Shown in pieces: positions 59,190 to 64,000 of a DNA stretch of 64,000 nt (position 1 is the stretch's first letter; each line of letters starts with the position of its first letter). The stretch comes from Candidatus Tayloriibacteriota bacterium (GTDB lineage: Bacteria > Patescibacteriota > Minisyncoccia > Phycocordibacterales > PALSA-1337). The position numbers and the translations under genes are program-made. The notes under the pieces were generated by a model. That model saw only the letters and a list, made by a program, of their open reading frames with translations, ran no database searches and was not told the DNA's origin. The DNA lies in NCBI GenBank assembly GCA_903857825.1, contig CAIOGI010000006.1:25132-89131 (forward strand), written 5' to 3'.

Positions 59190-59227
59190 TACTATATATT
59201 ATCACAATCAATAACCCAGTCAACTAC

Positions 59228-59923
59228 TTACCACCCCTTCACCTCCAGCGCTTTTTCCGCAGCCTTTTGTTCTGCTTCTTGTTTTGAAAGTCCTGAACCA
59301 AGCGCGACCTGAACATCTCCAATGAAAACTCCCAATGTAAACAATTTATTATGATCTGGGCCAGTTTCTTTCATTGTCTTATAGGAAGGAGTGAGCCCTG
59401 TTAACTCTTGAGCCTTTTCCTGGAAACGACTCTTGGCATCTAACCAAGATTTATTTTTTATAATCTCATCAATATCAATAATTTCAAGTAATTGTTCAGA
59501 AATAAAATTCGCAGCACCGTCATATCCTTTATCAATATAAACTGCTCCTATTATCGCTTCTATAGTATCAGCATGAATGATTGACCTTGCACGACCAGTA
59601 TCTTTTGATTCTCCCCTGGAAAGCAAAATGTATTCACCAACACCTATGTGAAGCGCAACTTTAGAGAGGCTATGAGTATTCACTAAAGCAGAACGATATG
59701 AGGTCATATCACCTTCATTTCTATCTGGAAACTTTCTAAATAGGAAACTTGTTATAACCAATTCCAAAACAGCATCGCCAAGAAATTCTAGACGTTCATT
59801 GTGTTCTAATCCAGCCCCTTTGTTTTCATTTAAATATGAACGATGTGTACATGCCTTCTTTAGCAGGCTAATATCATTAAATTTAATATTCATTTTTTCT
59901 GCGAATTTTAAATAGTCGGGCAT
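59228..59923 (-). CDS. rnc: Ribonuclease III
   Basis: HNERLEFLGDAVL, dsRBD with GPDH and AEQKAA. Confidence 0.97.
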   Translation of the reverse strand: MPDYLKFAEKMNIKFNDISLLKKACTHRSYLNENKGAGLEHNERLEFLGDAVLELVITSFLFRKFPDRNEGDMTSYRSALVNTHSLSKVALHIGVGEYILLSRGESKDTGRARSIIHADTIEAIIGAVYIDKGYDGAANFISEQLLEIIDIDEIIKNKSWLDAKSRFQEKAQELTGLTPSYKTMKETGPDHNKLFTLGVFIGDVQVALGSGLSKQEAEQKAAEKALEVKGW

Positions 59924-59937
59924 AGATTTTCTTTTTC

Positions 59938-60831
59938 TTACTTATTTAATAGGGTAATCGCCTTTGTAACAATTGGCAATATATCATTATAAAAATTCAA
60001 TTCAAGTATATCGTCTATTTTAAACCACTTTCCATCATCAAGACCTGGTTTCTCTGCTAACTTAATATTTTCAAAATCTGATTCGGCTAGGAAATAGTGT
60101 ACTTGTTTTCTTATTTTACCCAATTCTGGATCACTTGCTATGTATTCATTATTTCCAAGATCCTCAACTATCTTAATATTCAAGCCCATTTCTTCTTTAA
60201 CTTTATTTATTGTACCCTCTCTAACATCTCCTTCTGGAATTTTGCCTTTTGACAAAGTCCAATGTCCAAATATATCGTGTACAAAGGCTAAATATATTTC
60301 TCCCTCATGTCGAGAATACACAACTGCCCCACCAAGATTTTGTACTGGCATTTGTTCGTAAGGAACACTTGCAATCTTTTTCTTTTTTGTAGAAACAGAG
60401 TCCTTACCAGGCTCACCTAATTCCTTATAAACAGAACCGAGCACTCCATTTACAAATTTTCCACTATTCTCACCACCAAAACTTTTTGCAAGTTCTATTG
60501 ATTCATTTATAGCAACCTTGGCTGGAACCTCATCTCTATTTGAAAAAAGTAATTCATATAGACCAATTCTTAGAATATTCCTATCAATGATTGAAATCTT
60601 TTCTATAGGCCAATCAGGTGCAGCTTTTCCGATAATCATATCTAAATCATTTCTCTTTGCCAAAATGTTTTTTACTAGTTCTTCGATAAAAGAAAAATCA
60701 CTCATACCAGGAGCAAACTCCTTAGAAATACGAATGATTGTTTCTTTCATCTCTTCATTATGACAACCTCGAAAGTCCCACTCAAAGAGTGATTGGAGTG
60801 CTACTGATCTTGATAGGTGTCTGTTTGCCAT
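59938..60831 (-). CDS. nusB: Transcription antitermination factor NusB fused to NUDIX-like domain
   Basis: RHLSRSVALQSLF, IDRNILR, AINESIELAK, FVNGVL; C-terminal WTLSKGK...KEEMGL. Confidence 0.9.
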   Translation of the reverse strand: MANRHLSRSVALQSLFEWDFRGCHNEEMKETIIRISKEFAPGMSDFSFIEELVKNILAKRNDLDMIIGKAAPDWPIEKISIIDRNILRIGLYELLFSNRDEVPAKVAINESIELAKSFGGENSGKFVNGVLGSVYKELGEPGKDSVSTKKKKIASVPYEQMPVQNLGGAVVYSRHEGEIYLAFVHDIFGHWTLSKGKIPEGDVREGTINKVKEEMGLNIKIVEDLGNNEYIASDPELGKIRKQVHYFLAESDFENIKLAEKPGLDDGKWFKIDDILELNFYNDILPIVTKAITLLNK

Positions 60832-60862
60832 ATTTTATAAAGAACGAACTCTAATGCTTAAA

Positions 60863-61087
60863 TTACTTTTTTACTTCTTTCTTTTGTTTCTTTTCTGTCT
60901 TTTTTGCGACTATTGCTGTCATATCTATCACCTTTTTTCCTCTGTATGTTCCACATTTATCGCACATTGTGTGGCGTACATGCTGTGATCCGCAGTTTGT
61001 GCACTTAGAAAGTCGCACATCATCTAAAGCGTGATGTGAACGTCTGTTTCCTGTATGCGACCTATTTGCCCTCATTCGGTTTACCAT
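60863..61087 (-). CDS. rpmF: 50S ribosomal protein L32
   Basis: RRSHHAL, CTNCG...HTMCDKCGTYRG. Confidence 0.93.
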   Translation of the reverse strand: MVNRMRANRSHTGNRRSHHALDDVRLSKCTNCGSQHVRHTMCDKCGTYRGKKVIDMTAIVAKKTEKKQKKEVKK

Positions 61088-61099
61088 AGTTTTATTATA

Positions 61100-61738
61100 T
61101 TAGCTTATATTGGGGTTTTTTGCAAATTCAAAAATACTTTTACAGAAACTTCTCCTATGCAGGCTAATCAAGCCAAACTTCTTTACCGCCTCATAATGCT
61201 TCCTTGTCCCATACCCCTTATTTACATCAAAACTATACTCTGGATACTTCTTTGCTAAAACCCTCATTTTTCTATCTCGGGTCACTTTTGCACATATTGA
61301 GGCGAGAGCAATGACTTGCTCTTTTACATCGCCCTTTATAATTGTTTTTTGATTTTCATATTCAATGGGAGCTTTCAGACCTCCGTCGAGCAGTACTCGA
61401 GCTTCATCAGGTTTTATTTTAAGTTTGGCAATTGACATAGCAAGCGCTTTTTTTATTGCGAATGAAATCCCCTTTTTGTCTATAACTTTCTCGCTTTGAA
61501 AGATCACCACAAAATCAATCAGTCCATCTTTCCTTGCTTTTTCTATCTTTTCAAACCAAATTTCCCTTTTTTCTTCGGTTAATTGTTTTGATTCCTTGAC
61601 CCCTCGAAAATACTTTTTTGCCTCCGGTTCTAAGTACACGAAAGCCCCCACAGCCACTGGTCCAGCTATGGGCCCACGACCAACTTCGTCGATGCCTATA
61701 AGGTATTTAATATTTATATTTTTTAAATCTTTTTTCAT
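61100..61738 (-). CDS. rnhB: Ribonuclease HII
   Basis: GIDEVGRGPIAGPV, IKGD, ASICAKVTRD, KGYGT, HRRSF. Confidence 0.96.
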   Translation of the reverse strand: MKKDLKNINIKYLIGIDEVGRGPIAGPVAVGAFVYLEPEAKKYFRGVKESKQLTEEKREIWFEKIEKARKDGLIDFVVIFQSEKVIDKKGISFAIKKALAMSIAKLKIKPDEARVLLDGGLKAPIEYENQKTIIKGDVKEQVIALASICAKVTRDRKMRVLAKKYPEYSFDVNKGYGTRKHYEAVKKFGLISLHRRSFCKSIFEFAKNPNIS

Positions 61739-62251
61739 TTAAGTTTTATCATTCCCCTCCATATTCTTTGTAATTTTTAAAGTAAGTTTACCTTTCAATT
61801 TGCCCTTATATTTATTCGAAGTAATCAATGCCAATGTTTCCTGCAAACCCTCTATTACTTCTGGATTCTTCTTTAATTTATACTCTTGTAAAACATAACC
61901 ATTTTTTAAATATTCTCTCAATACTCCAGTCGCCCAAATACGAAATTGAGTCGCTTTCTTTGAATTTACACGATAACCGACTGCGATAATAGCGTCGAGA
62001 TTATAGAACTTAGTTTCATATGACTTCCCATCAGCTCCAGTATTCCGGAATTTCCGGATAACTGAATTAATGTCTAATTCCTCAGTTTTGAAAATATTCT
62101 GCAGATGCTCACTAATAGTTCTTACATTAATTTCAAACAATTCAGCAATTTGTGCTTGTGTAGCCCAAATTGTGTCTTCCTTAATGTCTGCCCTTAGCTC
62201 AATGACCCCGCCCTTTCCTTGATAAATGATTATATTATTCTTTTTATCCAT
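61739..62251 (-). CDS. RhuM N-terminal domain-only protein
   Basis: WATQAQIAELF, ISEHLQNI, YNLDAIIAVGYRVNS, FRIWAT. Confidence 0.85.
   Translation of the reverse strand: MDKKNNIIIYQGKGGVIELRADIKEDTIWATQAQIAELFEINVRTISEHLQNIFKTEELDINSVIRKFRNTGADGKSYETKFYNLDAIIAVGYRVNSKKATQFRIWATGVLREYLKNGYVLQEYKLKKNPEVIEGLQETLALITSNKYKGKLKGKLTLKITKNMEGNDKT
62038..62064. repeat. 27-bp imperfect palindrome inside RhuM-N CDS
   Basis: CAGTATTCCGGAA-T-TTCCGGATAACTG. Confidence 0.85.
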
Positions 62252-62464
62252 ATTTATATATCAGATTAATTATTAATAAAAATAGAATTATTGGTTCAAT
62301 GATATCAACTGAAAAGACATTGTCTATAGTCAAAATCGCAAAAACTTTATCATTTCTTAAGAACCTGGGGATAATTAGATTGATTTTTAAAACAAATTTA
62401 AATTTTAAAATAAAAAAGGCCATGAACATTACTCCACAGCCTGATCCGATGACCATTCGATTAT

Positions 62465-63238
62465 TTACAAACAGCGAGTAGCCATCCTGTCCACATAAGC
62501 TTGAAAAAGAGCCGGCTCAAAATATTGCCCCCCGATCAATCCTGGCGCCCAAGTGATTGCATGAGGAGTTTTCTTCCGAATTTCTTCATACTCATTTCGG
62601 GTGAGGATTTTTTCAGGTTTTGACCTTTCTTGTCCATACTGTTCGTCAGCGTTGGGGTAAGCAACCCCTTTTTGCATATTGACATAGCAAATCATTGAAC
62701 CCATCTTTGAGTCACGTGGTTCGAGAGTTTTCCATACTTCGATCAGAAGACTCCGGTCCAGACATGCGATAACTCTCTTCTCGGCATCAATTACCGCCGG
62801 ATAAAATGCCATGAGTCCGTGAGTAAGTTGTAGAAAGAAAACTTTATCCAGCCGATAACCTTGCTCTTTTGGGTCCTTCTTGAACAACTCGAACAGGTTG
62901 GAGGGGATACCTTCTCCGTTAAAACGCTGTTCTAAACTTTTTCTGGATTGTTCAACTGCAACCTCCTCCTGTTTTCTTTTGTCGGTCTGTTCCTTGTAGA
63001 CCGCTCCCGTCACATGTCTGTCACCATCCAAAGAATGTTGACATGTTTCGCACAGAGGAGCTCCACAGATCAACGAGCTCCCATGATCACAGTCTTGAGT
63101 TGCTTTCGCCCCACAACTGCAACATTTCAGATTTTCATGCTTGCTGCACCATCCGTTTGTGCTTGGTTTGTCACACTTGCCTACCCATGAGACTTCGAGT
63201 AGACATGGTTTAGACTTCGGCATTTCAATGTCAGCCAT
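62465..63238 (-). CDS. Hypothetical protein with Cys/His-rich N-terminal domain
   Basis: CSKH, CCSC, CDH, CGAPLCETCQH; AAAGGAG Shine-Dalgarno; TTGACA at 63356. Confidence 0.72.
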   Translation of the reverse strand: MADIEMPKSKPCLLEVSWVGKCDKPSTNGWCSKHENLKCCSCGAKATQDCDHGSSLICGAPLCETCQHSLDGDRHVTGAVYKEQTDKRKQEEVAVEQSRKSLEQRFNGEGIPSNLFELFKKDPKEQGYRLDKVFFLQLTHGLMAFYPAVIDAEKRVIACLDRSLLIEVWKTLEPRDSKMGSMICYVNMQKGVAYPNADEQYGQERSKPEKILTRNEYEEIRKKTPHAITWAPGLIGGQYFEPALFQAYVDRMATRCL

Positions 63239-63430
63239 ATTGTGCTCCTTTCAACGAACAATTTGCTTATGCTCTGTTGAGCAGATTTTAGTGAAGCGAT
63301 ACACCACTAATTAATATTACTAATAGTAGCTAATCATTAAAACATAAAACTGTCAATGTGTCGTAATGGTTCAGTAGCTTGGAATCACCTAATGAGTGGA
63401 TATCATATTGATTATTGGTATAATACCCTC

Positions 63431-64000
63431 ATGAACCCCCCCGAGAAAAAACCCAAATTCATCCACCTCCACACCCACAGTCACTATTCCTTGCTGAACG
63501 CCCTACCAAAGATAGATGATCTAGTAGATGAGGTTATAAAGCTCGGTATGCCTGCAGTGGCCCTTACTGACGCTGGGAACCTTTATGGGGCTATAGAGTT
63601 CTATCAGAGGTGCAAGAAGAAAGGAATAAAAGCAATAATCGGCGTCGATTTCTATGTAGCCGTTCGCACAAGGAAAGACATGCAGGCCGGCATTGATAAT
63701 CGCCGAACCAGACTTGTTCTCCTTGCGAAAAATCATGATGGTTTTAAAAACTTAATTAAGCTAGTTACGGATTCAAACCTTGAAGGATTTTACTACAAGC
63801 CACGTATTGATAAGGAACTTATAGAAAAATACTATCAAAATTTGGTATGCATTGCCCCATCTTTTTCAAGTGATATTTCGATGGCTGTAAAAAACAAGAA
63901 TATTGATAAAGCAAAGGAAGCGATAGAATTCTACAAAAAAGTCTATGGAGATGAAAACTTTTTTATAGAGATTACACGACATCCAGAAATTCAGGGTCAT
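63431..64000 (+). CDS. dnaE: DNA polymerase III alpha subunit (5' part, PHP domain)
   Basis: FIHLHTHSHYSLLNA, VALTDAGNLYGA, IKAIIGV, GFYYKPRID; truncated by window end. Confidence 0.95.
   Translation, partial: MNPPEKKPKFIHLHTHSHYSLLNALPKIDDLVDEVIKLGMPAVALTDAGNLYGAIEFYQRCKKKGIKAIIGVDFYVAVRTRKDMQAGIDNRRTRLVLLAKNHDGFKNLIKLVTDSNLEGFYYKPRIDKELIEKYYQNLVCIAPSFSSDISMAVKNKNIDKAKEAIEFYKKVYGDENFFIEITRHPEIQGH

Noticed and set aside
62244-62481. Two small overlapping ORFs upstream of the RhuM-N gene
   Set aside because: Low-complexity AT-rich translations on opposite strands; no support for either.
336-63736. Numerous 60-150-aa ORFs antisense to or nested in core genes (e.g. 336-671, 3247-3618, 21483-21857, 56724-57176, 63521-63736)
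   Set aside because: Shadow frames of well-supported genes with no motifs or independent signals.

Overview
AT-rich bacterial chromosome segment, genetic code 11. The gene set points to Patescibacteria/CPR, Parcubacteria-like (inference): short IF2, shortened RF2, 4-domain S1, hinge-less SMC, NusB-NUDIX fusion, tandem VirB2-like pilins, and many genes with a -10 box about 6 nt before the ATG. The backbone is housekeeping (ftsEX, prfB, infB, rbfA, gyrA, rpsA, truB, hisS, rpoD, dnaG, rpoBC, trmD, khpA, rpsP, rnr, smc, rnc, nusB, rpmF, rnhB, dnaE) with five tRNAs. The most notable unexplained structure is non-coding. (1) Single accessory genes (MazF/PemK, NYN, two BECR/RelE-like, DUF3800, KilA-N) lack a protein antitoxin but are each met at the 3' end by a convergent promoter driving a small structured RNA. 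Two of these RNA families recur at separate loci, and three of the genes share an upstream element of up to 62 bp. (2) A five-copy ~96-nt covarying hairpin with a kink-turn-like core always lies after a stop codon in the transcribed orientation. (3) Two promoter-driven multi-branch RNAs flank tRNA-Thr. (4) 25-27-bp palindromes are embedded in KilA-N/RhuM coding sequences, with a free copy in a promoter. All protein calls are from motif recognition by eye; no database searches or folding programs were run.
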